A stretch of DNA of 64,000 nt. It comes from the human T2T-CHM13v2.0 reference genome, Homo sapiens. Positions 10,899-25,821 of this stretch are shown here, one piece after another. Both the position numbers and the translations under genes were made by a program. The notes under the pieces are model-generated. The model was not told where the DNA came from. It saw nothing but the letters and a program-made list of their open reading frames with translations, and did not search any database. Numbering within the stretch: the stretch's first letter is position 1; each line of letters opens with the position of its first letter. The stretch is taken from NCBI RefSeq assembly GCF_009914755.1, contig NC_060926.1; one strand, 5' to 3'.

Positions 10899-13800
10899 CT
10901 GTCCTTTCCCCAACGTATGTCCTTAATGCCTTTGTCAAAAATGAGTTCAGTGTAGATGCATGTATTTATCTCTTGGTTCTCTATTATATTCCACTGATCT
11001 ATGTGTCTGTTTTAATGGCAGTTTTATGCTGTTTTGGTTACTATAACTCTGTGTTGTAATTTGAAGTCATGTATTGTGATTTATACAGTTTTGTTCTGTT
11101 TGCTTAGGATAGCATTGGCTATATTGGATCTTTCATGGTTCCATATCAATCTTAGGATTCTATTTCTGTGAAGAATATTATTGGAATTTTTATCAGGATT
11201 GCACTAAATCTGTAGATTCCTTTGGCTAGTATAAACATTTTAACAATATTGATTCTTTCAGTCCATGAACATGGAATATTTTTCCATTTTTTTGGTGTCT
11301 CCAATTTCTTGCATCAGTGGTTTACAGTTTTCCTTGTAGAGATCTTTCACTTGGTTTGTTTAGGTTAATGACTAGGTATTTAATTTTATTCGTAGATATT
11401 GTAAATTGGATTACTTTCTTCATTTATTTTTCAGATTGCTTGCTGTTGGCATATAGAAATGCTATTTTTATACGTAGATTTTGTATCCTGCAACTTCAAT
11501 GAACTTGTTTATCAATTCTCATTTTGCTGAAGTCTTTAGGTTTTTGAAATATAATATTATATTATCTACAAACAAGGATAATTTGACTTTTTCATTTCTA
11601 ATTGGATGCCCTTTGTGTCTCTTGTCTGATTGCTCTAGCTAGAACTTGCAGTACTATGTAGAATATCAGTGGTTACAGCAGGCATCCTTGTTGTGTTCAG
11701 ATCTTAAAAAGAAGGCTTTCAGTTTTTCCTCATTCAGTCTGATACTTGTGGGTCTGTCATATATGACTTTTATTATGCATAGTTATATTCCTTCTATACC
11801 CAGCTTTTTTGGGTTTTTATCATGAAGAGATGTTGAATTTTATCAAATGCTTTTTTAGCATCAATTGAAATGATCATATGGTTTTTGTCCTTCATTCTGT
11901 TTATATGATGTATCACATTGATTGATTGGCATATGTTGAGCCATTCTTGGATCAGAGAGATAAAATCCCACTTGGTCATGGTGAAATATCTTTTTAATTT
12001 ATCTTTTTAATATATCATTGAATTCAGTTCCCTAGTACTTTTTTGAGGATTTTTGCATCAATATTCATCAGTGAAATTGGTCTATAGTTTTCTTTTTTTA
12101 AATGGGTCTTCTTCTGGTTTCAGTATCAGGGTAACACTGATCTTGTAGAATGAGTTTGAAAGTATTCTCTATTTTTCTCACTTTCAAAATAGTTTGAGCA
12201 GAATTGGTATTAGCTTTTCTTTTAATGTTTGGTGAAATTCAGCAGTGAAGTCTTTAGGTCCTGAGCTTTTCATTGCTGAGAGGCTTTTTATTATGGCTTT
12301 GATCTCATTACTTGCTATTGGTCTGTTCAAGTTTTGTATTTTTTCATGGTTCAATCTTGGTACGTTGTATGTGCCTAGAAATTTATTCATTCTTCAAGTT
12401 TTCCAATTTATTGGCATATAGTTGCTCATAGTGGCCACTAATGATCCTTTGAAGTTCTGCAGTATCAGTTGTAATGTCTCCTTTTTCTTCTCTAGTTTTA
12501 TTTATTTGGGGCTTCTCTCTTTATTTCTTAGTCTGGCCAAAGGTTTGTCAATTTTGTTTATCTTTTCAAAAAACAAACATTTGGTTTCATTGATCTTTGT
12601 TTTATTTTATTCATTTCAATTTCATTTATTTTTGCTCTGACCTTTATTATTTCTTTTTCTAATTTTGGGCTTGATTTGCTCTTACTTTTCTAGTTCTTTA
12701 AAATGAAACAGGTTATTTGATTTTTTTTCTTTGTTGATGTAGGCACTTATAGCTATAAAATTCCCTGTTAGTACTGCTTTTGCTGTATCCCTTAGACTTT
12801 GTATGTTGTGTTTCCATTATCGTTTGTTGCAAGAAATTTTTTTATTTCCTTCTTAAATTCTTCATTGACCCACTGGTCTTTCAAAAGCATATTGTTAATT
12901 TCTATGTATTTGCATCATTTCCAAAATTCCTGTTGTTATTGATTTCTAGTTCTATTCCATCGTGGTCAGAGAAGATGCTTGATATTATTTCAATATTTTT
13001 GAATGTTTTAAGACTTATTTTGTGGCCTAACATATAGTCTGTCCTTGAGAATGATCCATATGCTGAGGAAAAGAATGTGCATTTTGCTGCCATTGAATGA
13101 AATGTTCTGTATCTCTTATGTCCATTTGATCTATAGTACAGATTAAGTCCAGTTTATTTGCTGATTTTCTGTCTGGAATATTTGTCCAATCTTGAATGTA
13201 TGATGTTGAAGTTGCCAACTATTACTGTATTGGGGCCTATCTCTCTCTTTAGCTCTAGTCATATTTGTTATATATATATGTTTTATATATATATATATGT
13301 GTGTGTGTGTGTCTGTGTGTCTGTGTGCATGTGCTCCAGTGCTGGCTGGGTTCATATATATTTACAATTGTTATGTCCCTTTGTTGAATTGACCCTTTAT
13401 TATTATATAGTGACCTTCTTTGTCTGTTTTTACAGTTTTCGTCTTGAAATCTATTTTGTCTTCTACAAAAATAGCTACTTCTGCTCTGCTTTGCTTTCCA
13501 TTGGCATGGAATATCTTTCTTCCATTTCTTTATTTTTAGTCTATGTGTTTATATAGGTGGTGTGTTTCTTGTAGGCAACAGATCTTTCGGTCTTATTTTA
13601 AAAATTCATTCAGCCACTCTGTTTTTTATTGAAAAGTGTAGTCCATTTGCTTTCAATGTTATTATTGATAAGTAAGGACTAACTCCTGCTATTTGATTAT
13701 TTGTTTTTTGATTGTTTTGTGGCCTTCTCATCCTTCTTATCTTCCTTTTAGTGAAGGTGGTTTCTCTGGTGGTATTATTTAATTTCTTGCTTTTATTTTT

Positions 13801-16800
13801 TGTATATCTGTTGTATATTTTTTCATTTGAGGTTACCATGAGGCTTGCAAATACTATCTTAAAACCCATTATTTTCAGCTTATAACAACATAATACTGTT
13901 TGCATAAACAAACCGACAAGCAGAAAAGAAACCTAAAAAGTCTCTCCACCTTAGCTTTGTATTGGTGCTTTTTAAATTTTTGTTTCTATTTATACTTTAT
14001 TTTAGTTTCTATGTCATGAGTTGTTATAGTTATTTTGATCAGTTCATCTTTTAGTCTTTCTTCTTCAGATATTAGTAGTTTGCACACCACAGTTACCGTG
14101 TTATCATATCCTGTGTTTTTCTGTGTATTTACTATTATCAGTGAGTTTTATACCTTCAGGTGATTTCTTATTGTGCATTAATGTCCTTTTCTTTCTTATT
14201 AAAGTGTTCCCTTTAGCAATTTTTGTAGGACAGAACAGGCATTGATGAAATTCTTTAGCATTTGTTCATCTGGGAAAGTCTTTATTTCTCCCTCATGTTT
14301 GAAGGATATTTTCACTAGATATACAACTCTAGGGTAAAACTTTTTTTCCTTCATCACTTTAAATATATCATGACACTCTTTCTTGGCATGTAAGTTTTCT
14401 AGATGCATTGGAGCTTTATTATATGTTATTTGTTTCTTTTCTTTTGCTATTTTTAGGATTCTTTCTTTATCCTTGACCTTTGAGGGTTTGATTATTAAAT
14501 GCCTTGAACTAGTCTGCTTTGGGTTAAATGTCCTTGATGTTCTACAACCTTCTTGTATTTGGATATTGATACCTTGCTCTAAGTTTGGGAAAATTCCTGT
14601 TATTATTTATTTAAATAAACTTTATGCCCCTTTCTCTTTCTCTACCTCCTTTATAAGGCCAATACCTCTTTAATTTGCCCTTTTGAGGCTAATTTCTAGA
14701 TCCTGTAAATATATTTCTTTGTTTTTTATTCTTCTTTCATTTGTCTCCTCTGACTCAGTACTTTCAAAGAGCCTGTCTTCAAGCTCATGAATCCTTTCTT
14801 TTTCTGCTTGATCAATTCTGCTACTAAGACTCTGATATATTCTTTAATATGACCATTTTATTTTTCAACTCAAGAATTTGTGTTTGATTCTTTTTAATTA
14901 TTTCAATCTCCTTGTTAAATTTATTGACTATAATTCTGAATTTATCTTCTGTGTTACCTTGAATTTGTATGCATTTCCTCAAAACAGTTATTTTAAATTC
15001 TCTGTCTGAAAAATCATATCTGTTATTCCAGGATTAATCCTGGTGCCTTATTTAGTTCATTTGGTGAGTTTATCTTTTCTCGATAGTCTTGATATTTTTA
15101 GATGTTCACCTGTGTCTCAGCATTGAAGAGTTGGGTATTTATTGTTGTCTTTGAAGTCTGGGCTTGTTTGTACCTGACTTTTTTGGGAAGGCTTTCAAGG
15201 TATTTGAAAGGACTTCGGTGTTATGAGCTAAGCTGTATCTACATTCGGGACACTCCATGCCCAGTAACACTGTGGTTCCTGCAAACTCATAGAGGTATTA
15301 CCTTGATGGTCTTGGATAAGGTCTGGAAGAATTATCTGAATCACCAGGCATAAACTCTTGTTCTGTTACTTTATTTTCTCCAATCAAATGGAGCCTCTCT
15401 TTCTCTGTCTGAGCCTTGTGGAGCTGGGGGTTGGGTGACACAATCACCACTGTGGCCACTACCACTGGGACTGCACTGGGTCCCACCAGAAGCTAGAACA
15501 GCACTGGTTCTCACCCAAGGCCTGCGGTAGTTACTACCTGGATACCACCTATGTTCACTCAAGGCCCTGTGGCACTAGTCAGCAACTGGTAAAGCCAGCC
15601 AGTCTTGTATCCTTCCCTTCAGGGTGGCAAATTCCCCCTGGTCCCTGACAGGTCCAGAGGTGCTGTCCAGGAGCCAGGGACGAGTGTAAAAAACCTTAGA
15701 AGTCTCGTGATGTTCTATTGTACTGTGGCTGAGCTGTGACTCAAACTATGAGCTGCTGTCCTTTCCACTCTTCCATTCCATTTCCACAGGTAGAGAAGCC
15801 TCACCCCATGGCCACTACTACTATAAGCCCATTGGGGGAACTGCAAGGCTACCACCAGTGTTCCCTTCAAGGCCCAAGGTCTTTCAGTCAGCTTGTGGTG
15901 AATGCTGGTAGGCCTGGGATTCATTCTTTAGAGCAGTTGGCTCCCCTTTGGCCTAGGGCAGATCCGGAAATGCTGTTCACGAGCCAAGGCCTGAAATTGG
16001 GGACCCCAAGAGCATGCTTGGTGCTCTACCCACCTGTGCAAGACAAAGTTCCCCTTATTTTCCCTCTGATTTACTCAAGTGGAAGAAGCCTCTCCCTGTA
16101 GTCATCATAGCTGGGAATATGCTGAGTCTCACCTGAAGCCAGCAAGTGTCACAGTCTTGTCCAAGGCCCATGGCGTATTACCTGGGTATCACTGCTGGTT
16201 ATTCAGGGCCCAAGGGCTTTTCAGTCAGTGGGTGATGGTTCCTAGAAGGACTAAGTCGTTTCCTTCAAGACAGTGGATTCCCTTCTAGCACAGGTTATGT
16301 CTAGAAATGTCATTCAGGAACCAGGGCCTCACAGCTCTGATGGGTGCACTATCCTGCTGTGGCTGAGCTGGTAACCAAGATGCAAGACAAAGTCTTCTTT
16401 GCTGTTCCCTCTCCCTTCCTCAAGCAGAAAGACGGGCTCTCTTTTGGAGCTATGAGCCATGCTGTATGGGGTTAGGGCAGGGGTAGCACAAGCACTGTCT
16501 TAGCCACCCTGGCTGGCATCTCACTAGGTCATGTGCCCCCCAAGTCCACTCACTTTGAGCCCAATTCAGCACTAAGACTTGCCTAGGAGTTGCAGCCCTT
16601 GTGGACAAGACTGCCTTTAAGGAATATGTAAGGCCTCAAAGCACTGTAGCCCACAGTGGCTAGGCTTGTCAGAATTCAAGTTTTGATTGCTGGGATGGGT
16701 AATATTCCTCTGGCTAGGGCTGGTTTACATGCTCCCTTTGTGGGCAGGCATCAGGTGAGTTCAGCTAAGTTTTGCTTTCTGCTGTGACAGGGCAGCACTG

Positions 16801-17110
16801 AGTTCAATGCAACGTCTCACAATTGCTGCACTCTCTTTCCCCCAATCACACAGACTCTCTCTCCATGCCACATGGCCACTATGGTCACCACTACAAGATT
16901 GGGGAGGCAGCGCATTGGCAATTTAAGACTATCTTTCCTACCCTCTTCAATGCCTCTTTCAGTAATGTAGAGTTAAAACCAGCTACTGTGAGTGCTCACC
17001 TGATTTTTGGTTCTTATGAAGATGCTTTTTGTGTGTGGATAGTTGTAATATTAGTGTATTTGTAGGGGGACAATGGTGGACTCCTCTATTCTTCCATCTT
17101 GCTCCACCCC
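10899..17110 (-). mobile_element. Near full-length old L1 (L1MA/L1M1-2 lineage): 5'UTR, ORF1 and most of ORF2, 3' end missing
   Basis: ORF2 RT peptides ([30 protein letters not shown]), EN-region peptide (FFSSAYGSFSRTDYMLGHK), ORF1 C-terminal peptide (FYPRVVYLVKISFKHEGEIKTFPD); GC-richer 5'UTR at ~15200-17110 whose reverse complement starts 'ggggtggagcaagatgg'. Confidence 0.9.
13268..13327. repeat. (TA)n(TG)n microsatellite inside L1
   Basis: Seen directly. Confidence 0.9.
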
Positions 17111-18637
17111 TTCTAATATATTACTTTAAAGCAATTTAATACCTATAATGCTGGATATTTTAGAAATTATTTTCCTTTCTTATAGGTCCAGTTTTTAGGT
17201 GTGACTGACACATTGGTAAGAGTCTGGAGATAAAAATGCTTATTATAACAAACTAATGATGAGGAATATGGCTCAGATTTCTCTCTTCATGAAGGTCAAC
17301 AAAACCGTATGGCTATATTGAAGGTAAAATGTAGGTAAATTAGTTTGTCTGTGGTTAAAGTTACTAGTGCTATGTAATGTAGTATAATTCTAGATAAGTT
17401 AGGGTAAGAAATGAAGATAAGCAGATAGTTAAGGTAGTTGTGTGAAACCAAAAGGTTAAATTCAACATTCTAATTCCATAGTTTCTTTAATACTAAAAAA
17501 GATAATAACCACATTTTTGAGACTACAATAATAGTATTCATAACTATATTTCTTTTAAAACTTCCTGCAGCTAAAATAAAGTTTATTTTAGTTACTTCAG
17601 AACCAATGAACTCTGAAGACAATAAATAGGATTAAGGAATTAAAATGTTTATCTGTCAACTTCTGAGCTTTGGAGTTGAAAGTAGGTAGTTTAGCATCAA
17701 ATGGCATTGCTCTGTTCCTCCTTTTAATAAGCTGCTGTCCTTGATTTTGCTTTTCAAGTGATTGCATTGATTTTACACTAGGTGATAAAAAGGCAGAAGA
17801 AAAAATGAGAAAAATGTGAAGAATAGCAGAGGCAAATTAAAGGCTGCCAGAAATGAATGAATCATTTTTTTTTAAAAAAACAGCAATCAAATAGAGTTAG
17901 TGCTGTAAAACAAAACAAAGGGTGGACATAAAAGATTTATGAAAACATTTCATATTTTAATAAAATGTAAACATTCTCTTTCATTTTTTATTATAAAATA
18001 ATTTCATTTATATTGAAATATTCCATTATATTATTTTAAAAGAAATTGACCTCTAGTTGATAATTTTAAAGCTAGTATATGTAGAATGAATTAATTAATG
18101 TTGTAAATATTTAAATTAAGCCTCACTTGGCAATATAATCTTTTTCAAAATTAAGATAGTCTATTTAATTACTTTAGGAATTACTGGATATTCCAGTTAA
18201 AAGCAAGATACTTGACATGAGAAGATAATTGGGAGTATAAAAGTTTAAATCCTTTGTACAACCCTTTTTACTAATCACCTATTATCATAGAAATGTACTG
18301 TGATAGACCCCTAGACACAAATGTCAATAATACAAAGTCATGTGAGAAAAGCGGCTAAAACTTTAAAATGTGGAGTCAGCTATATGATTTGGCAGGGGGA
18401 GGGATCATAATAAATGGGATTGTTAAGAAATATTTCTAGAGAAGCTACTATAAGTTCCAAAAGAGAGATAGGTGTCCAGTCAAGGAAAAAACAAAATGTT
18501 GTAGGTCAACATAGAGTCTACATAAGAAATAGGAATTGATTATTTTTAAATGTAAAATAAAGCCAGGTGAAAATGTCACATTAGTAATATCTGACTAAGT
18601 AATTTGCTATTGATAGTAGCAACATATGAAATTTTTT

Positions 18638-18695
18638 AAGACTAGTGTGTTCAGAATGATGCCAAAAAGACTAGTGTGTTCAGAATGATGCCAAA
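18638..18695. repeat. Perfect 29-bp tandem duplication
   Basis: aagactagtgtgttcagaatgatgccaaa x2 (18638-18666, 18667-18695). Confidence 0.95.
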
Positions 18696-18862
18696 AAAAT
18701 TGAAGAGTGAATTGGAAGAGACTGAAAGCTAGAAAAATTAGTGGAAAGGTGTTGAAATAGTGAAATGGTGAAAATATATGGCATTGAGAGCCTGGTATTG
18801 AGTCATGGTATGCATAGACTCTTCAGAAAGTATGAGTATTCTAAGATTGAGCAAACAAGTAA

Positions 18863-19790
<928 letters not shown>

Positions 19791-20038
19791 TAATAGTTTC
19801 TGTTCAGCTGGTAGTGGCATATCACTCTGGAGTCTGACCTGGATAAAACTGTCTGCAGGTATGTACAATTTTTAGATTGCTAGATTTACCCTACGTAAAC
19901 ATGAGTAAAATTGATATAATTAGAAGGAAAACCTTTAGTCACTGTAACTTTTCTATCACATGTAACTTTCAAACTCATACATAAACTCTCATTAGTAAAA
20001 AATTGCTTGAAAAACACCTTACACCAGTGTCCTCATAC

Positions 20039-20097
<59 letters not shown>
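20039..20097. repeat. (TG)n(TA)n microsatellite
   Basis: Seen directly. Confidence 0.95.
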
Positions 20098-20100
<3 letters not shown>

Positions 20101-21299
20101 CTTTAATCTAGATAAGGGCTACTATTTTCATTCTACTCAAAGTAGAAAATCTGATAAATGCTGGTGTTTCTTTACTGACAATGTTATCACAGAAGAGCAA
20201 GCAAAAGTTAACAGAACTGCTTTTGTGAACAATTCTCACAAAAAAAGGAAATTCTGGTAGGTAAAGTGAAAGTGATGGAAACATTTGGAGATACTAATCA
20301 TATCACTAAACTGTCTGAAATAGCTGTGAAAGGTAACATTCATCACTGTCTGGCTTGCACAGTAAATGTTAGGAAGGAACACTGGAAGATTTTAAGGGTA
20401 ATTTTCAAACTTATCTCATCATAGAAAATTTATGTTTCTGAAAAATGCATTTATGATGTTGGGCTTTAAAATTTTTCAGGTTTCCCATTTACAAAATAGT
20501 CTGAAGCTCCTAGCCAGACACTTCAGGCACTTATTGGACTGGTCTTGCCAAATATTTCACCAGTCTGTCAACTACCCCAATGTCCCACTTAATCCCTAGA
20601 AATATACATACATGCCACCATCAACCCACTACATACATAACATACATGCACATGTAGAAAATTCATAAATCTCTCTTCCAGGCATTTTGCACTTGTAATC
20701 TCCTAAACAGGTCTTGCTCTGTGTCATCTCTGTGCCTCTGGAAATTCCCTCTATTTGGAATGTCTTCCCACACCAACTTATCTAATTGCCAAATTCTATT
20801 TTTCCTTCAAGATTTCTAATATTTTTGTTTTCATACAGTCTTTTTTGTCTTCTTCTAAGATCCAGTTAGTCACTGCACCTTCCTTGTTCAGAATAGTTTC
20901 TGCACACATTTTTCAGTGCATATTTAAGAGTTTCAAAAAACTATATACACATTTCTGTCTCTTTTATATTATGAGTTTCTTAATTTTAGGGACGTGATTT
21001 TATTCTCCTTTGACTTCTCGATCACACTCACACTGTATGTGTCAGACTCAATCAATGTTTGTTTTTGCAAGACTCAAAATCTATATTATGATTATATAAT
21101 TACCAAAATATAGACTTTATTAAGACAAAGAACAGTGCTTGGTACTTAGCAGTTATTTGGTAAGCATTATTTGAATAAATATATATTGAATATTCACAAA
21201 TCCTGTCAAGGAAGGAGAAGAGAAGTGGACATCAATATAATATAGATTATCAGACTTCTGCATGGAATGTCCTGGCAAGCTCAGCTTTCTAAAAAAGTA

Positions 21300-21485
21300 T
21301 TATTAATTTTTAGTTGACAAATGCAGAATTCTATATATTAATAGTGTGGAATATGGTTTTAATATATGTGTCCATTGTGAAATGATTAAATAAAACTAAT
21401 TAACCTATCCATCACCTCACATAATTGCCACTATTTTGTGATGAGAACATTTAAAATCTACTTTCAGCAATTTTCAAGTTTACCA
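21300..21485 (-). mobile_element. Old L1 (L1MA9/L1MB-like) extreme 3' end
   Basis: 'aactaattaacctatccatcacctcacata...gtgatgagaacatttaaaatctactttcagcaattttcaag'. Confidence 0.7.
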
Positions 21486-21647
21486 TAAGAGGTCAAATTC
21501 AGAAGATGTCACTTAGGAACAGCTAACTAGAATAGAAATGATTGGTTATATAAAACTGTACAAATTTGGACAGGATTGTAGTAACAAAGTAACTGAAGTT
21601 TATTACAAATGCTAAGAACAGATTTCCATATAAAGAACTCAAGTTGT

Positions 21648-21987
<340 letters not shown>

Positions 21988-22829
21988 TCAGCTTAATTTA
22001 AGATGTAATTGAAAGTTCTTGATTTCATTGTGCAAGAAAGGACCTCAAAAATGACAGCCTATATACAAGACATACTTCCATTAAAAATCATGAAAAGATT
22101 CAGGTGTTCTAATTCCAGAATAAAATGAGAAACTATTTTATAAGAATAACTTATAAATATCTACAGAAACTGAGGAGGGAAAAAAAACAGTCTAAGAAGG
22201 CTTATTCCAAGGTCAAATTAGACTTATATTTTAATAAAGTTCAGAGACAACTTGATTACTTTACAAAATCCTTATAATACTTCTTAGGTATATTTTTAGT
22301 GACCTCTATTTTTGTGGTTATTATTTTTTTAAACTAAAATTTATCAAAGTAATTGCACAATTGTTTTAGAGAAATAGAGCATAAGAAAATGCTTCTCAGT
22401 AATAAAGTAAACTGGAGAAGTAATAATCCAAAACAGGAGACAGTAAGAAATTAGAAGAGAAGTGATAGATGCTATTACTCACAGGAAGAAAAAGGAAAGT
22501 AGCAAATGGGCAGATAATCTAAGGGAAAACTCACAGAGGCAAAACATAATGAAAGCCTGGAGTTTTTATCCAGCAGATGTTTATTTTAGGAACAGAGACA
22601 GAAGAAAACCAAGAAAGAGACAAGCCATTGCTTAGTGCAGAGAGAATACAAATGTAGGACCATTATTTTGCTTCTCCATTCTCATTCAAGAAAGAGATTT
22701 TATAATTAGATTTGTTAAAGTGTGCACATAACCAAGATAGGCAAAAAGCTAGTAATATTGCAAAAAGATTTTAGGAAGCTTACAAAAACTAATAAATTTT
22801 AGGTGTGTGAAAATGAGTTGATATCTGCA

Positions 22830-25110
22830 TCTGCTAGGAATAATGGATTTGTAAGTTTCTGACTTATCTTCCTACTGAGACCAACTTAGAAAAATGTAGA
22901 CAAGGCTGGGCGGGGTGGCTCACACCTGTAATCGCAGCACTTTGGGAGGCCGAGGCAGGTGGATCACCTGAGGTCAGGAGTTCAAGACCAGCCTAACGAA
23001 CATGGTGAAACCCCGTTTCACCTGAAAATACAAAAATTAGCCAGGCATGATGGTGCATGCCTGTAATCCCAGTTACTCAGGAGGCTGAAGCAGGAGAATT
23101 GCTTGAACCCAGATAGCGGAGGTTGCAGTTAGTTGAGATCATGCCATTGCACTCCAACCTGGGCAACAAGAGCAAAACTCCACCTCAAAAAAAAAAAAAA
23201 AAGAAAAATGTAGACAAAATGTAACACATACACACACACACACCCCCTTGCCTGTTTGAAGAGGCATTAGAGAGGTAAGGGTCAAGACCTTACACAGCAC
23301 AGCAGAGCCCAGGGAGTTGAGCCCAACATTAGACATTGCTTTTTCCATTAAAGGATTCAAAGATTCAATAGTGGCAGCAAATAAGTTAAGAGTCCAAAAG
23401 CATAATTATTACTTTTTGAACTTGCATAGGTCTGCATGAAAGGAAAAGTGTACATAGAGTCTACCAAGGAGAAGGAGCTCTGGGAAACATCCAAGGTTTG
23501 CATTTGAAACCTTCAAAGGGCCACACCTGAGTATGAGATAAAATGGAAATAGACCAGCCCTCACAAAGACTAAAGTCGAGCTTTGCATCATCTCAATCTA
23601 TAACTGGAAAAAGATTGGGAACCAAAGTAAATATTATAGAGAAGATGGCATTAAACAAGGTCCCAAGTTGTCTCTACAATTTTTTATACATAACATCCAC
23701 AAGTAAATCAAAATAACTAGACATGAAAAATGATAAAACTTGGATGAAAATCAAGAGAAAAGAGTAACATGGAGAAAGGTCAAAAACAGATACAGATCTT
23801 GTAGTTATCAGACATGGAATTTAAACTAACAACAATTACTATGTTTACGAAATTAAATGATAGGATGGAGAATTAAATAAATAAATAGAAATTTTAAATA
23901 AATGGAAGTTTAGAACTAAACTCAAAATTACTGAAATTAAATGATGGACAATAGGAAAAAAGAATAAGACACACAGAGACAGGTGTAAAGAATTAAATAC
24001 ATGTAGCTTGACAGTCAGAAATAGAGGAGGTATAGAAAGGGACAGAGCACTTTTTAAATGTATAATGGCTGAGAATTTTCCAAAGCTGACAAGAGACATT
24101 CAGAAAGAATATGAACACCAAGTCTAAATCCACCTACAAATACACATAGGCATTAAAATATACCTAGACACCTCATAATCAGGCTACTGAAAACCAAAGA
24201 CAAAGAGACAATTTTAAAAGGAGTCTGAAGGATAAGAACATAAACCTTCAAAAGAAGAGTATTAATACTGACAGGTAATTTCTCAAAAGAAACAGTGGAA
24301 ACCAAAATAGAATTATAGCTTTAACTGCAGAAAGAAAATAACTTTCAATATGGACTTCTACATACAGCAAAAATTATCCTTTATAAATTAAGGCAAAATA
24401 GAGACTGTTTTAGGCAAACAAAAAATTGAGAAAATCTATCACCCATGAACACACATTAAAGAGAACACTAAACTGCGGTCATAGAAACAATATTTCCAAG
24501 TGAAAACATGAGTATTCAGAAAAGGATAAAGATAATTGAATTTTAAAAGTAAATAAATGGCTAAGTGAAAATAACATACTATTGTATCTATCTAGCTTAA
24601 AACAGATAGTTAAGATCTATAAAAATTACAGCACAAAATATGGAAAAGTATCAAATGTAATTGAGTTTCAATATCTTTGCATTGTTCATGATGTGAACCA
24701 AGTACTAATATGTCAGACTTGATGAATCAATGGCTATAAAAAGTTGTGTAGAGAAGAAAAATAAAATACTACATAAAATAATACAAAAATAGCAATAAAG
24801 GGAGGAGTAAAGGAAGGATAGTTGGGAAAACAGTAAACAAATAGTAAGATATTAGAGATAAATACAATTATTGAATGGACTAAAGCACTAATTAAAATAT
24901 GAAATGTTCAGGAAAAGTTGGCATAAATATGTTGATTATAAGAAGATTACAGATAGGCTGAAATAAAAGTATAGAAAATATATATTATGCAAAGATTAAT
25001 TTTAAAAAGCTGTCCAAAAGAGCAAACTTTAAAGTAAAACATATTATTAGAGATATGGTGTAACATATGATGATATAAGGGCTAGTTCAACAGAAAGATG
25101 TATGAGCTCA
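22830..25110 (+). mobile_element. Ancient L1 (L1M4/L1ME-like) 5' region, ORF1 and ORF2 start, interrupted by an Alu
   Basis: Degenerate ORF1 motifs 'gagaattttccaaagctgac' and 'acctagacacctcataatcaggctactgaaaaccaaagacaaagag'. Confidence 0.6.
22904..23201 (+). mobile_element. AluSq/Sp-like
   Basis: Full dimer ending 'gggcaacaagagcaaaactcc' plus poly-A; 16-bp TSD agaaaaatgtagacaa at 22888-22903 and 23202-23217. Confidence 0.95.
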
Positions 25111-25821
25111 TGTTCTTTTAATGGAAGAATGAATACGGGTTTGAGTTTTTATTTTTTTATTTTCTTATCTATTCATTATTTATTTATTTTTGCAGTGTAA
25201 AAAATTATTCAAAATGTAAACCTGTGATCCAACAATTTGATTACTACGTATTCACTCAAAATAAATTTTCCTATATGTCAGTAAAATAAAATTTACATAC
25301 AATCAGTACTTCTAAAAGCCCCCAAATAAATACCACTAATATGTGCATTTGCAGTGAAATAACTAAATTAATTGTTTGATGTTCAGATGATAGAATTCTA
25401 TCACCAATTCTAATGAATTAACCACAACAGCATGCAAAGATACAGACAAATTTCCAAACATATGGAATTTTAAATCTACATACACAATATTCATACTATA
25501 TGATTCTATATATATAAACTACAAAAGAGCTGAAAAGTACAGATGATCTATACCATAGTAGTGCTTGGAAAAGGCAAAAGTGTCTGATGTGGAGAGACTG
25601 ACAATGTTGTGTTTTTCAATCTAAAAATGCATACAGAGGTGTCTTCAGGTTATAAAATTTCATTAGCTTGTCCACTCGAGGCCTGTCTAAATATCCCAAT
25701 ATTTTTATACAAATATATTTTCCATTTTAAAAAATTTGCAGACTGTAAATAGATTCATGATTTAATGTCCTTTTATTGTCCAGATGGAAAGTATTAAATA
25801 ACTGTACACTGATTAATATTT

